Positions 53,764 through 64,000 of a DNA stretch of 64,000 nt are shown in pieces. This DNA comes from a virus (Duplodnaviria; Caudoviricetes). The first letter of the stretch is position 1, and each line of letters starts with the position of its first letter. The notes beneath the pieces are model-generated. The model saw only the letters and a program-made list of their open reading frames with translations. It was not told where the DNA came from and made no database searches. The DNA lies in the IMG/VR virus record IMGVR_UViG_3300020046_004224, one strand, 5' to 3'. The position numbers and the translations under genes were made by a program.

Positions 53764-54999
53764 ATGAAAACAGAAGACCTAAAAGACTATATCGAATTTC
53801 TCTCCGAAGGAAATGACGGATTTCGATCCATCAAAAATCATCCTATTGTTCAAGAAATCGTCAAAGATGAAAATCTGCGATTCTGGATTCCTAATGACAA
53901 TGTTGTTGAAATCGAATTTGAATCAACTGAAGATATTTGGGAAAAGGCATCTGCTAAAAATATTGCAGCATTTCTTCGATTGAACGGATTTACTATCAAT
54001 TTCAAGAATCGAACAGTCAGTAAAGATGGTGGAAAAAACAATCAACGAATTGGACGAGTTCTACAATCTGCTGATCCCGCCCTTATAAAGGCATGGAAAA
54101 AGTTGACCAACACTAATTCCAATCCAGATAAAAAATCCAATCGCCAATGGGTCATTTCCGCCAATCCTATTGATATTTGCAATGCTACATATGGCCGCAA
54201 ATGGACATCTTGTTTAAATGATGGTAAACATCTGTACGAAATGGAGGATGGAAGATTCTCACTTATTGCATACCTGTGCGATGTAGGCGACACGATGATT
54301 ACCAATCCCCATGCACGATATTTGCTTCATGTGGGTGATGTGAGTTCAGATGATTCCACGGTTCGAAAAGTATTCAAATTCGGGAAATCTAACACACCCC
54401 GCAGTGAATTCACTCTATATAAGGGGAAGATTTCCCAGAATACTACAGGTATTCTGTTGACTGATACCTTATATGGTAATTGCACAATATCTGAAAAAAA
54501 TATTCTTCATTCATATGTCAAAAAGGCTAATAACGAAGCTTTGAAAGATGTTAAATCCAATGTTGTTCCGATTTCTGTCAATGGTTTATATGTGAATAAA
54601 TGCTTTCCAAGTACATATAAAAAATCCGATACACCAAAAGTTACTAAAAAGACAGGAGATAAGCCTGATACAAGAATGAAGAGAAAATTTGCTGAATATA
54701 GATATTATTCGGTTAATCCTAACTACGAACTATTGGAGTATGTTATTAACACAAATCAATTTACTAATAAGGTACTAACAGATCGAATTTTTAAAGATGA
54801 TAATCATCTCAAAATTCTCCGCAAGACAACAGTGATTCCGACAATGGTTAAAAATCTCGAAGGAGAAATCAGTGTCTTGAAAAAGAAACTGGCGGATAAT
54901 ATCGGCAATCCCCGCGTAATTCGTGCTATATCCAACGAATTTGTTGAAGCTGATGATAGATTGAAAGAACTTCAAAAGATTTCTGAGAAATTGGTCTGA
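53764..54999 (+). CDS. Uncharacterised protein, distant member of the SC(M/L)/AR/DxxY family
   Basis: ISANPIDI......WTSCL...ARYLLH...DTLYG parallels the RT C-terminal ISGDPVQI......WRSCM...ARTLIH...DRLYG. Confidence 0.55.
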   Translation: MKTEDLKDYIEFLSEGNDGFRSIKNHPIVQEIVKDENLRFWIPNDNVVEIEFESTEDIWEKASAKNIAAFLRLNGFTINFKNRTVSKDGGKNNQRIGRVLQSADPALIKAWKKLTNTNSNPDKKSNRQWVISANPIDICNATYGRKWTSCLNDGKHLYEMEDGRFSLIAYLCDVGDTMITNPHARYLLHVGDVSSDDSTVRKVFKFGKSNTPRSEFTLYKGKISQNTTGILLTDTLYGNCTISEKNILHSYVKKANNEALKDVKSNVVPISVNGLYVNKCFPSTYKKSDTPKVTKKTGDKPDTRMKRKFAEYRYYSVNPNYELLEYVINTNQFTNKVLTDRIFKDDNHLKILRKTTVIPTMVKNLEGEISVLKKKLADNIGNPRVIRAISNEFVEADDRLKELQKISEKLV

Positions 55000-55015
55000 G
55001 TATATCGTTTAACTC

Positions 55016-56011
55016 ATGAAAATACTAAATATTTTCATGTCGAACGAATGCCTAATACCCTCTTATACGATTCATGATATCGGTGATATTGAAACTCTCT
55101 CCGAGATATATCCATCCACTGTCACTCAATTGAATATTCCGAAAATTTGGGGTAAGACAAAGGGTAAGGGTATTACAGTTGCAATTCTTGATTCAGGAAC
55201 ACCATATAAACATCCTGATTTAAAGGATAATATCGATTTATCCAAATGTAGAACATTTATTACAAATGAAGACATCTTTGATATATATGTCGGACATTCG
55301 ACACACGTAAACGGAACGATTGGTGCATGTGCCAATAGCATAGGAATCGTCGGAATTGCACCAGAAGTGACACTGGTTAGCATCAAAGTTCTTAATAAAA
55401 ATGGACGAAGTGAGAACGACAGCATTCAAAAAGGATTAGAATATTGTCTTACTCTCAATCCAGATGTTATTAATATGTCATTAGGTGGTACTGATCCTAT
55501 GCCAGGGGTTCATGAAGTTATTAAAAAATTAGTTAAACGTGGTATCCCTGTAGTATGTAGTGCAGGAAATAGCGGAGAAAATAAGGTATTATATCCAGCC
55601 CAATATGATGAATCTATCGCAGTCGGGGCATATTCAGATAGCACGTTTAAAGACCGTGCTCGCTTCTCTGCATGGGGAAGCACTCTTGATATAATGGCAC
55701 CAGGGGAAAAGATATTCAGCACCTATCTAAATGGTCAATACTCCGTCATGTCGGGGACTTCTATGGCAGCACCAGCAGTAAGCGGAGTCATTGCTTTGAT
55801 GCTCTCATACCTCAAAAAGAACAACAAATCTCTGACAGTTGAAGAGATTAAGAATCTTTTATATGGAACATGTTTAGATATAGGAAAAAATGGTCGAGAT
55901 GATGATCATGGATGGGGTATCATAAATCCTGAATCTATTTTCTCAAAAATGAGTGGAGAACCTATAAAGAAGAAAAATATCTGGCAAAAATTCATAGGTC
56001 TATTTAAATAG
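55016..56011 (+). CDS. Subtilisin-like S8 serine protease
   Basis: VAILDSG, HSTHVNGTI, SAGN, SGTSMAAP. Confidence 0.93.
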   Translation: MKILNIFMSNECLIPSYTIHDIGDIETLSEIYPSTVTQLNIPKIWGKTKGKGITVAILDSGTPYKHPDLKDNIDLSKCRTFITNEDIFDIYVGHSTHVNGTIGACANSIGIVGIAPEVTLVSIKVLNKNGRSENDSIQKGLEYCLTLNPDVINMSLGGTDPMPGVHEVIKKLVKRGIPVVCSAGNSGENKVLYPAQYDESIAVGAYSDSTFKDRARFSAWGSTLDIMAPGEKIFSTYLNGQYSVMSGTSMAAPAVSGVIALMLSYLKKNNKSLTVEEIKNLLYGTCLDIGKNGRDDDHGWGIINPESIFSKMSGEPIKKKNIWQKFIGLFK

Positions 56012-56347
56012 ATCATATGGAAATTTTATTGTTGTTGCTTGCATGTTTTGGTATGACATGCATTTTTGTGCATGGTGAGATAATGGATATTGTTGGTATT
56101 CGCCCGTTTCTGAATAAATGGGAATTTACGCGAAAGTTACAAAAATGTGCATTGTGTTCAGGCGTATATATTAGTGCATTTGTTGGAATATTATTTTTAC
56201 CATGGTTATGGGTTATTCCTTTTGCATTTGCTGGTGCAGGAGTTTCTTTTATACTAGAACGTTTATGTATATTGATGGATGAATTAATAATAAAATTAGA
56301 AAAAGAAAAGGTTGACTAACGAATGCTCCTCTGTATGATGAGTGTAT

Positions 56348-56812
56348 ATGAAAGCACTTTATCTTTTGAGTCTTGTTTTATACTCCTGTTCAACATACAA
56401 AGGAATTGACCATACGCCTGAAAAAGTCAATATTCGAACAACCGCATACTGTTCATCCGAGTCAGATCATATCAAATATGGAAATAAGTCCGCACTTGGA
56501 ACGACCTTAAAAAAAGGAACTATTGCGGCTGATATCAGTGTATTTCCGATTGGAACAAAATTGAAAATTGATAATTATGTTTATGAAGTGTCGGATTATG
56601 GTTCTGCTCTTGTGAAAGATGAGAAGAGCATTCCGACTGTTGACATCTACACGGTAAGTCGCTCGTCTATGAATCGATGGGGAGTACGATACTTCAACAA
56701 TGTTGATGTTATCGAATGGGGAAGTTACGAAAAGAGTAAAGAACTTCTAAGTGATCGGCTTAAATATAAACATTGTCGTATTATGTACGAAAGGATTCAA
56801 AAGAAAATTTAA
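56348..56812 (+). CDS. 3D-domain (MltA-like) lipoprotein
   Basis: Lipobox LYSC; TTAY, AAD.SVFP.GT, V.DYG, VDIY. Confidence 0.75.
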   Translation: MKALYLLSLVLYSCSTYKGIDHTPEKVNIRTTAYCSSESDHIKYGNKSALGTTLKKGTIAADISVFPIGTKLKIDNYVYEVSDYGSALVKDEKSIPTVDIYTVSRSSMNRWGVRYFNNVDVIEWGSYEKSKELLSDRLKYKHCRIMYERIQKKI

Positions 56813-57925
56813 TGAAATACAAAGAAAAACATCAAATAGTATTAGATAACTGTGACGGATATTCCTATGTAACCGACGAGGAAACACAGGCAGATTATCA
56901 GAAATTTTATCATTGGGTAAAGAAAGACGACAAGATTCTATTTCCCTTTATCTATAATATCAATTTCCGAATTGGTGGATTCGTCGAAAAATGCATAATC
57001 TTTATTCCTAAGAAAAGAACTATCCGTACCGTTGATGGACGTAAAATGGTCTAATTATGGAAACACTCCTACAGTATCTATACGTAAATTAAGTACTGTT
57101 GATGGGGGATTGGCAAATATCAATTTGATCGAGGCTCCTATAGAAGGCAAATCCATACTAGCATCTTCCAACACGACTGAATCGGCTGGAATGCTTGTGC
57201 TCTGTTCAATATAACACTGTGCGCCCATAAAACTCGGAGCAGTACTATGTACATAAATAATCTCATTCGAGACAATATTAAATGTAATTTGTTTTGTGGA
57301 AGATTCGTCTATGTCAAACGAAACCGAACCAATAAGCGTTCCACTTGATCGGTAAAAGTTTACTACATGAGCACTAAACAAATCATTACACAGTAATCGA
57401 TTTTTAACATTTACTACTAGAGAGTTGCCGCTATTAGAAAAAATCCCAAAGGACTTGCCTATAACTATTCGCTTCCGGCGTAATAAATTTATCATTTAAT
57501 TACAATTCGTTTATTAGAAATTGATCAAATCTTCTGGTAAGAATTTCTTATATTGGAATGCAATGCCTGTTCCGGCACTAACTGTGATACTCGTTAATGG
57601 TGCCATCCATGTATATCCGGCGGGGAATGAAAAGTTGTTATATGCAGATGGTGTTACGGTATAAATCGTTCCAGTATGGCTGCTATCAGTATGGGTTGTT
57701 CTAAATCCGGCACTGGTGATAACTGATGCCGTTAAAAATTCAATTGCATAAAAAACGTGATCTGTGGCTGGAGTATATGTTCCCGATCCTGTTAGAGGCA
57801 TTTGTCCGTGACCCCCAAAAGAGAGTTCCCATGCAAACAACTCTCTGCGATCATTATACATAAAACTAGTACTTGGTTGTAAATTCATAACAATACTTAT
57901 TGATCAATAAGTATTTTGTAATTAA

Positions 57926-58432
57926 ATGAAATTTATCGAATTGTATAATCTGTTGACCGATTCATATTCAGATGAAACACCAAAAGTTTCTATATCGGAC
58001 CTAATTATACGAGGTCAGAAACTTGACGGAAAATCGATAAAGATAGAGTTTTCGAACGGGGCATACACTAATGGAGTTATACGGAAGTGGTTCAATCCCA
58101 AAACATTCGAAGAAAAAGATTACAGTATAGGAATTGTTTCATGGGGCGCAACCCCTATGTCATCTATTATGGATAGAGGTCTTATTGCTCAAAAGGACTA
58201 TAAGGGGCGTGGATTTGCTTCCAAATGTTTTAACGAATTACTCAAGATAGCCAAACAAAATAATATAGATATCTTTACTATTTTTGCTCCCTCGGACGAT
58301 AGCCAAGCTGTTATGAAGAATTATACAGATAAAAATGTATTAATCCCCATAGAAAGCAGTAAAGCTGCATATGGAGATTTTTACACCGAATTTCGTATAA
58401 ACTGGTCGGAGGCTAATAAAAGATTAAACTAA
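57926..58432 (+). CDS. GNAT-like protein
   Basis: YKGRGFAS motif A. Confidence 0.5.
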   Translation: MKFIELYNLLTDSYSDETPKVSISDLIIRGQKLDGKSIKIEFSNGAYTNGVIRKWFNPKTFEEKDYSIGIVSWGATPMSSIMDRGLIAQKDYKGRGFASKCFNELLKIAKQNNIDIFTIFAPSDDSQAVMKNYTDKNVLIPIESSKAAYGDFYTEFRINWSEANKRLN

Positions 58433-59689
58433 CTTTGTAATTGGAAGTTCTTTATTTCCAACTGACATAGGTCTTCCTGGGGCGGAGCTTTCTAAAGGTG
58501 TCATCCACGGTTTAGCCGGATCAATCCCAAGGAAATGGCCCACTGTGGCATTAAACATACCAGGAGTTACATGATCCTCTTCGACCCGTTCTCCGTTAGG
58601 AGTAGTCTTACCAATGGCATATCCACCGAGATTTAAACCACCAAGAAGCATAGAAAATGCTTGCGCATGGTGATCTTTTCCCATATTAATATTTATTTTA
58701 GGAGTTCTTCCGAAATCTGTTGCAACAACAATCAATGTATCTTTTAAGAGTCCTTCGTTCTTCAAATCACCGAATAGTGAAGACAATGCTTTATCTAAAT
58801 CACCACCACGTTGTGTCATGTTGGTTTCGATGTCAGTATGCATGTCAAATCCGCCATAGGTTACTTCACAATAACGAACACCACTCTTTATCAATCTTTT
58901 TGCAAGCAACAGACCACTACCGATTTGGGTTCTTCCATAAGTGTCTCTTGCCTCTGGAGTTTCTTTATTCAAATCAAACACATTCAAATCGTCGCTTTTC
59001 AATAGTTTCAATGCTTCATCATATATTGAAGAATATGCACTCACATCAGATGTGTTAAAATTCTTTATGAAGTTATTATTCAGTGTATTTAGCACATTGT
59101 TTCGGCTATTAAATTCTGTTTCTGATCCTAATATTTTACTATATCTTAGACCCTCATTTGGATTAAGAATTGAAAGTGGATAGTACTTCTTATTAAAATA
59201 TCCACCACCAGGATTATCTGTATCAGGGGATATAGAAACATAATCAGGAATAGAGGGATGGAGTTTGCCCAACATACTGTATGATATTGATCCCATAGTT
59301 GGATGAATTATCAAACTACTCTTATTGTAAGAGGTTTTGATTGTATATTTCGACATTGCATGGGCACCAGATTTGGATACCATGCTTCTTACTGGAATAA
59401 ATTTGTCTCCGTGCTTTGCAAGGTTTGGATAATAACTTGAAATCAAGAAATCTCCAGTTGTTTTTATTGCCGTTGCATTTCCTCTTATTTCTACATCTTC
59501 TTTCGGGTCTAAAAAGTCAGTATGAGATATTCCTCCATCGAGATAGATGTATATGACATGCTTTGCTTTTCCAAAAGTTCCATTCCCGTTAGTTGATGCA
59601 AATAGATTATTAGGAAGCATACTAACTCCTAATGTTCCGAGTGCCAACTTTTCAATAAATGATCTACGTGATTCTGTATTGTTTTCCAT
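58424..59689 (-). CDS. DUF1501 family protein with a Tat signal
   Basis: SRRSF Tat motif; AKHVIYIYLDGGISHTDFLDPK; YG.T.IG...LLAKRL...GVR; GGFDMH; TDFGRTP; GKDH. Confidence 0.88.
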   Translation of the reverse strand: MENNTESRRSFIEKLALGTLGVSMLPNNLFASTNGNGTFGKAKHVIYIYLDGGISHTDFLDPKEDVEIRGNATAIKTTGDFLISSYYPNLAKHGDKFIPVRSMVSKSGAHAMSKYTIKTSYNKSSLIIHPTMGSISYSMLGKLHPSIPDYVSISPDTDNPGGGYFNKKYYPLSILNPNEGLRYSKILGSETEFNSRNNVLNTLNNNFIKNFNTSDVSAYSSIYDEALKLLKSDDLNVFDLNKETPEARDTYGRTQIGSGLLLAKRLIKSGVRYCEVTYGGFDMHTDIETNMTQRGGDLDKALSSLFGDLKNEGLLKDTLIVVATDFGRTPKININMGKDHHAQAFSMLLGGLNLGGYAIGKTTPNGERVEEDHVTPGMFNATVGHFLGIDPAKPWMTPLESSAPGRPMSVGNKELPITKLV

Positions 59690-59868
59690 ATTAATATTTT
59701 TGCTTTTCGATATCTCGGAGTTCGGTTCTCCATATTTCCTTCTTACTTTCAAAATTCTTGTCACCTGTATCAGGCATCTCGACAAGTTTTTTCATATTAA
59801 AAATTCTTTCTGCCATCTTGTGTAGGCATTGCTCTTGATCACACTGTAAAATTAGTAAGTTGTCCATA

Positions 59869-61575
59869 TTATTTTTTAAATAGAAATTCGCGAGAATTGA
59901 CCAATGCCCATATAAGGTCTTTCTCTTCTGTTTTTGTTATTAAATCTTTTTCCTCAAGGGTCGGTAGCCGTGAATATACTGTTAAAAATATATCTTTCTT
60001 ATCAAGATTAGTTATCAAAGATTCCTTACTGTTAACTAGCTCCATAACTGGGGAATTCATCATAACCAATAACTGGGTTATGCTACCACCATTATCACTT
60101 GAGTCTATTAATATTCTGTCTGAGCTTCCATATTCTTTGAGGAATTGCCCAACGAAACTATTCTTGTTCATCACATATGCTGATCGAACTAATTCTATGT
60201 TTTTATATTTTAAAAAGTTGACGCTCATCTCCCTATCATATTTTCGAATATCTTCCATTTTATCAAGAAGAAGCTTACCATTGACATTCACCCAATCTAT
60301 TTCAATAAGATCAGCATATTTTTGAAAAACGACACGGGAATAATTTGTATCTGGCAGTATAAATGTTAATATACTATCCCATAATTGATATGCAGATAAT
60401 CTCTGAACCAAAACAGACTGGTGATTGTAGTTGACCATATTATCGTTGTATGCCACTCTATTATAAAAATCCGAAGAGATTATATGGCGAATTAACTCAC
60501 GCACACTGTAATTATGGGACTCTAAATAATCACCTAGATATTTTACTACTTGACCCTCTTTATGATCGTTTATAATAAAATTTATTTCAGGATTTATAAG
60601 TGGAGCACCTACTATATGTTTCCACATTCTATTAGCTATTGCATATGAGAAATTATCGTGTGTAGTTATCCATTCAGATATAGTGTCTCTTTTATCCTTA
60701 GTAGTGTTTTTAATCTTCCCGTCTAACGATACCGGAACAACTTCTTCAAAAGGCTTCCCATCTTTGTATTTGTAATCATGTGGAAGTTTTATCATCTTCC
60801 CGTCATTATTCTTCAAATTAAATAAATTTGATGCTAGTAGTTGTCTAACACCATTATCTATTCGGTCCTTCTTTGTGATTTCTTTGATTTCTTGATCAAC
60901 TCTTTTCAGAATATCACCGTACTCTTTTCGAGATTCTCTATTGTCAACAGTTGTAAAAAATGCTGCCATTTCAAAGAATTGTCTTTGTGTATAATCTTGG
61001 AAAGGATCGTCATGACACTGTGCGCAGGAAAGGTCTGTAGCAGTGAAAATTTGAAGAGTTGTAGCCAAATTATCGAGGGGTGTACCGTTATCACGTAGAA
61101 TATAACCAGTCGCCCCATTGTCAGAGTATCTACCAGTTGCAGTTAATAGATCATATACAAATTTATTATATGGTTTATCTGTTCGTATAGAATTTCTCAC
61201 ATAGTCCATATATGGATATGATTTTAAAAGACCGACATCATCAGATAATCTCTCTGGACGTATTCTTAGAATATCTGCCCAAAAATTATAAAGGTTATTA
61301 ACATAATCCTCAGAATTGAGAACTTTATCGATAACCTTTTCTTTCTTTGTAGGTGATTTATCTTGAGTGAATTCGTTTATTTCCTTTAGTGTTGGAATTC
61401 TTCCTGCAACATTTAAATATGTTCTACGTATCCATGTATTATCATCTATTTTAGTTGCAACTCCTTTGATGGAATTCTTAGAATAAAATGACTGTAATTC
61501 TTTGTCAAGATCGTTAAATCCGCTTCCTAATATAGGAATTACACATAACAGTAAGGATAACAAAATAGTTTTCAT
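59869..61575 (-). CDS. DUF1549/DUF1553 (PSD1/PSCyt2-type) protein
   Basis: WIRRTYL..AGRIPT, WADILR, DKPY..FV..LL.A.G, CAQCHD.PF, ANRMW, RLSA.QLWDS, DLIWALVNSREF. Confidence 0.88.
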   Translation of the reverse strand: MKTILLSLLLCVIPILGSGFNDLDKELQSFYSKNSIKGVATKIDDNTWIRRTYLNVAGRIPTLKEINEFTQDKSPTKKEKVIDKVLNSEDYVNNLYNFWADILRIRPERLSDDVGLLKSYPYMDYVRNSIRTDKPYNKFVYDLLTATGRYSDNGATGYILRDNGTPLDNLATTLQIFTATDLSCAQCHDDPFQDYTQRQFFEMAAFFTTVDNRESRKEYGDILKRVDQEIKEITKKDRIDNGVRQLLASNLFNLKNNDGKMIKLPHDYKYKDGKPFEEVVPVSLDGKIKNTTKDKRDTISEWITTHDNFSYAIANRMWKHIVGAPLINPEINFIINDHKEGQVVKYLGDYLESHNYSVRELIRHIISSDFYNRVAYNDNMVNYNHQSVLVQRLSAYQLWDSILTFILPDTNYSRVVFQKYADLIEIDWVNVNGKLLLDKMEDIRKYDREMSVNFLKYKNIELVRSAYVMNKNSFVGQFLKEYGSSDRILIDSSDNGGSITQLLVMMNSPVMELVNSKESLITNLDKKDIFLTVYSRLPTLEEKDLITKTEEKDLIWALVNSREFLFKK

Positions 61576-61590
61576 AGTACTGAGATATAC

Positions 61591-62745
61591 TTACCAAAAC
61601 CACGCTTCTTTCAAAATAATTTTATTTTTTCGATCTTTTCCAAAAGAAAACCCAAATAGAGGAATTCCTAATTCTCTAGATATGTTAAATGCCGTGTTTA
61701 GATAATGATCATGTTCTTTGAATGGATCATTATCTAAACAAGAAACAAACAGATAATCCACATTGGTATATTTCAATGCGTGTCGAAGAAGATCATAATC
61801 CAATTTCCCGACTCTAAAATTCTTCTGCCACTCATTGAATTGGTTGTCTTCTCCAACCAACTGAATGCCTTCTACTTCACTCGGAAGTGGTCCATTTCCG
61901 TGTCGAGTCATGTATGAGCGGGTAAGACCCAAACGAACAATGTTCCCATCGTAATTGATTCTTTTCAGGAATTCTTCTGCAAGGGTGGTAGTAGTATCTG
62001 TTGCAGAGACGTGGGGCAGAAATCCACGATCTTTATCAAGTAATGCACCTTGAGCACCCTCAAAAATAACGGTTTCTGAATTGTTGATCAATTCTTTACA
62101 TTGTTCATCATCAACAATTGTGATAAATGCTTCAATATTTTTATATGTTTTAATTAACATCCGGTCTTCGGAACAATCAGTTACAAATAAACCATTCCAA
62201 TTCTCATCGCGAATATAATTATCAAATCCAATATCCTTTCGGATATTAACGATAATATCATAAAGGTATTCATCTAACTCGAACTCAGATGCAATCAAAT
62301 CACCTATTCTGAGCGGTCTATATTTCTGTGAATATTCTACAGTTTTCCACTGTCCTAGACCTACAGAACCATGCTGTTTAACCCTTTCTTCAATTCTATT
62401 TGCATAGATATGGTAAGGGGTTGTTACCAATGCATCCCTATGAACATACACCTTTGGAAAATATCCAAATTTATCTAAAAACTCTCCCATTTCTAGTATA
62501 AGCAGAATCGGATTTACGATTACAGAATCGAGTAACAAGGTATCCGCGCCAGCAAATGAACCAGCCGATAGTTGTCTAAAACAAAAATGTTTATCATCAA
62601 CATGAACATTATGCCCGCATTGCGATCCTCCGTTGTATCGAACAACTAATTTTGAATTGTAAAGATTAGTGAGATGGTCTGTTACACTTCCTTTTCCAGA
62701 ATCCCCGGCAGAGAGGTCCGTCACGATAATTGCTTGTTTAGCCAT
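61591..62745 (-). CDS. purA: Adenylosuccinate synthetase-like protein
   Basis: GDSGKG, RYNGGSQCGHNV, HGSVGLG, FEGAQG.LLD, TRHGNGP. Confidence 0.82.
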   Translation of the reverse strand: MAKQAIIVTDLSAGDSGKGSVTDHLTNLYNSKLVVRYNGGSQCGHNVHVDDKHFCFRQLSAGSFAGADTLLLDSVIVNPILLILEMGEFLDKFGYFPKVYVHRDALVTTPYHIYANRIEERVKQHGSVGLGQWKTVEYSQKYRPLRIGDLIASEFELDEYLYDIIVNIRKDIGFDNYIRDENWNGLFVTDCSEDRMLIKTYKNIEAFITIVDDEQCKELINNSETVIFEGAQGALLDKDRGFLPHVSATDTTTTLAEEFLKRINYDGNIVRLGLTRSYMTRHGNGPLPSEVEGIQLVGEDNQFNEWQKNFRVGKLDYDLLRHALKYTNVDYLFVSCLDNDPFKEHDHYLNTAFNISRELGIPLFGFSFGKDRKNKIILKEAWFW

Positions 62746-62842
62746 GCTAGTACAGTAAAACACCTTGAACAAAAGTCAACGACAATCATTCAAGGTGTTT
62801 ACGTAAAACCGAATATATTATAATTGTTTAATAAAATTCGTT

Positions 62843-63718
62843 TTACAGGATAATATCTGTTGGATTTACAGGCTCAACCTTTCCGATACTCGGAATAGGC
62901 GAAACTGTTCCGACATTGCCACTTGTATGATCAATCACATACTTTGCAACAATATCTGGAATTGTGGTATAATCATCCGTCACAATGAGATGTTCACCTA
63001 GAATATCTCGCAGTGTTGGAATGACTTCCCTAGATTTGTAACCATGATCAATATGAATATGAACAAAGTTCCATTTCTGTGTCAGTTTCTCCAAAATCTG
63101 ATTAGTTGTCAAGGATGCTTCCTCATTAGTATCAGAATATGTTGAATTCAAGAATGAATTCGGAATAACATCATGGATATTTTCATCACCAAAGGTGAAG
63201 ATGAATCCTTTTTTCTGACGTTTTTCCCATGCATCCGTAACTACGAAACGATTCGCAAAGTCCCATACAAGACTATAACTTTCGCCACCATTGCCGCCAC
63301 CGTTACCTTCGATATATGTCCGAGTAAGCCACATATCCAATTCTGCATCACCTGATTCAAATTGTCCTACTTGAATAGGGAATCTGTCGGATTTATGATC
63401 TCCAACCGCAAGGAAAAGCAGTGCTGCATCAGGAACACCTCCAGTAATAATTGAACTCATCAATTTGGGAAGTCCGGTCTGAACAAGGTTATGAGGGATT
63501 TTTCCCATGGAACCTGTTACATCCATACCCAAAATAATTGGCACGGTATTAGGATGCGTTGGCGAATCTCGACATTCGCGCAACTTGACCGTTTTAGGAT
63601 TCATAGATTCATGAATCATCCTCTGTCTCTGTTGCTCAAAAGTATCTTCAAAAGACTTTGAGCAAAATGCTGCTGTGCTTGCTGCTCGCGCAGTGAAATC
63701 GTATGATGTGTTTCCCAT
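62843..63718 (-). CDS. vWA (MIDAS) domain protein
   Basis: DVTGSM MIDAS, GGGNGGESY, FTFGDE. Confidence 0.8.
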   Translation of the reverse strand: MGNTSYDFTARAASTAAFCSKSFEDTFEQQRQRMIHESMNPKTVKLRECRDSPTHPNTVPIILGMDVTGSMGKIPHNLVQTGLPKLMSSIITGGVPDAALLFLAVGDHKSDRFPIQVGQFESGDAELDMWLTRTYIEGNGGGNGGESYSLVWDFANRFVVTDAWEKRQKKGFIFTFGDENIHDVIPNSFLNSTYSDTNEEASLTTNQILEKLTQKWNFVHIHIDHGYKSREVIPTLRDILGEHLIVTDDYTTIPDIVAKYVIDHTSGNVGTVSPIPSIGKVEPVNPTDIIL

Positions 63719-64000
63719 AATATTTTATTCGAAAAGATTTTTGTAACTTGCTTGTGCGACTTCGAGTTGAATCTCAAGATTACGAAGTTTTAGACCAAGC
63801 TCGATATCTTTCGCAACGAATTGATCAGGACTAAAATCGCTTGCAACAATCAAGCTGTTGGCGTCTGTCCTAGAAAGGTCGAGTGTGTTGTTTCGATCAC
63901 GCCGAACTCGTTTAATGTCCTTCTCAAGGTCTTCTACCTTGCGTTTGTACGCCATTTCCGCATCTTCTGCAATGGAAACTGCACGATCATATTTGATCTG

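Noticed and set aside
61591-62745. PurZ (2-aminoadenine DNA pathway)
   Set aside because: It retains the Asp in GDxGKG, whereas PurZ has Ser, and no clear partner genes are in the window.
1-64000. Stop-codon reassignment
   Set aside because: Conserved genes (nrdA, nrdB, thyA, ligase, RT) are full length under the standard code, and TAA, TAG and TGA all end genes. The CoaE break is a frame difference, not read-through.
1-64000. Additional copies of the retron TGCATCG core elsewhere (for example near 1238, 3807, 26595, 29886)
   Set aside because: These matches lie in coding regions and lack the flanking helices. Only two structured copies were found by eye.

Overview
This is a 64-kb segment of an AT-rich large (jumbo-type) bacteriophage genome. 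Genes run leftward (minus strand) up to about 30.4 kb and rightward from about 30.5 kb, starting from back-to-back sigma70-like promoters. There are many small hypothetical early genes and no virion structural genes. Recognisable genes include nrdA/nrdB, thyA, purA-like, a minimal GluRS, Pth2, an RNA ligase, a 2H phosphoesterase, a RuvB-like ATPase, PspA, a K+ channel, HD-CoaD, a subtilase, four homing-endonuclease-like ORFs and a DUF1501 plus DUF1549/DUF1553 pair that suggests a PVC-superphylum host. Two non-coding RNA systems stand out. (1) A retron-type reverse transcriptase (18637-19920), fused to a C-terminal domain that recurs in three other ORFs, is flanked on both sides by homologous, covarying msr/msd-like RNAs. 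(2) An array of eight stem-closed RNAs with a shared (A)CAGCA motif (43786-45353) lies just downstream of a Ro60/TROVE-like DUF2828 vWA gene and upstream of a 2H phosphoesterase; several units contain circularly permuted tRNA domains, as in Y/YrlA RNAs. There are also three aberrant tRNA-like genes, one of which has a tRNA-Glu body with an 8-nt non-Glu anticodon loop, in a genome whose GluRS lacks the anticodon-binding domain. All calls come from reading motifs by eye; no searches were run.
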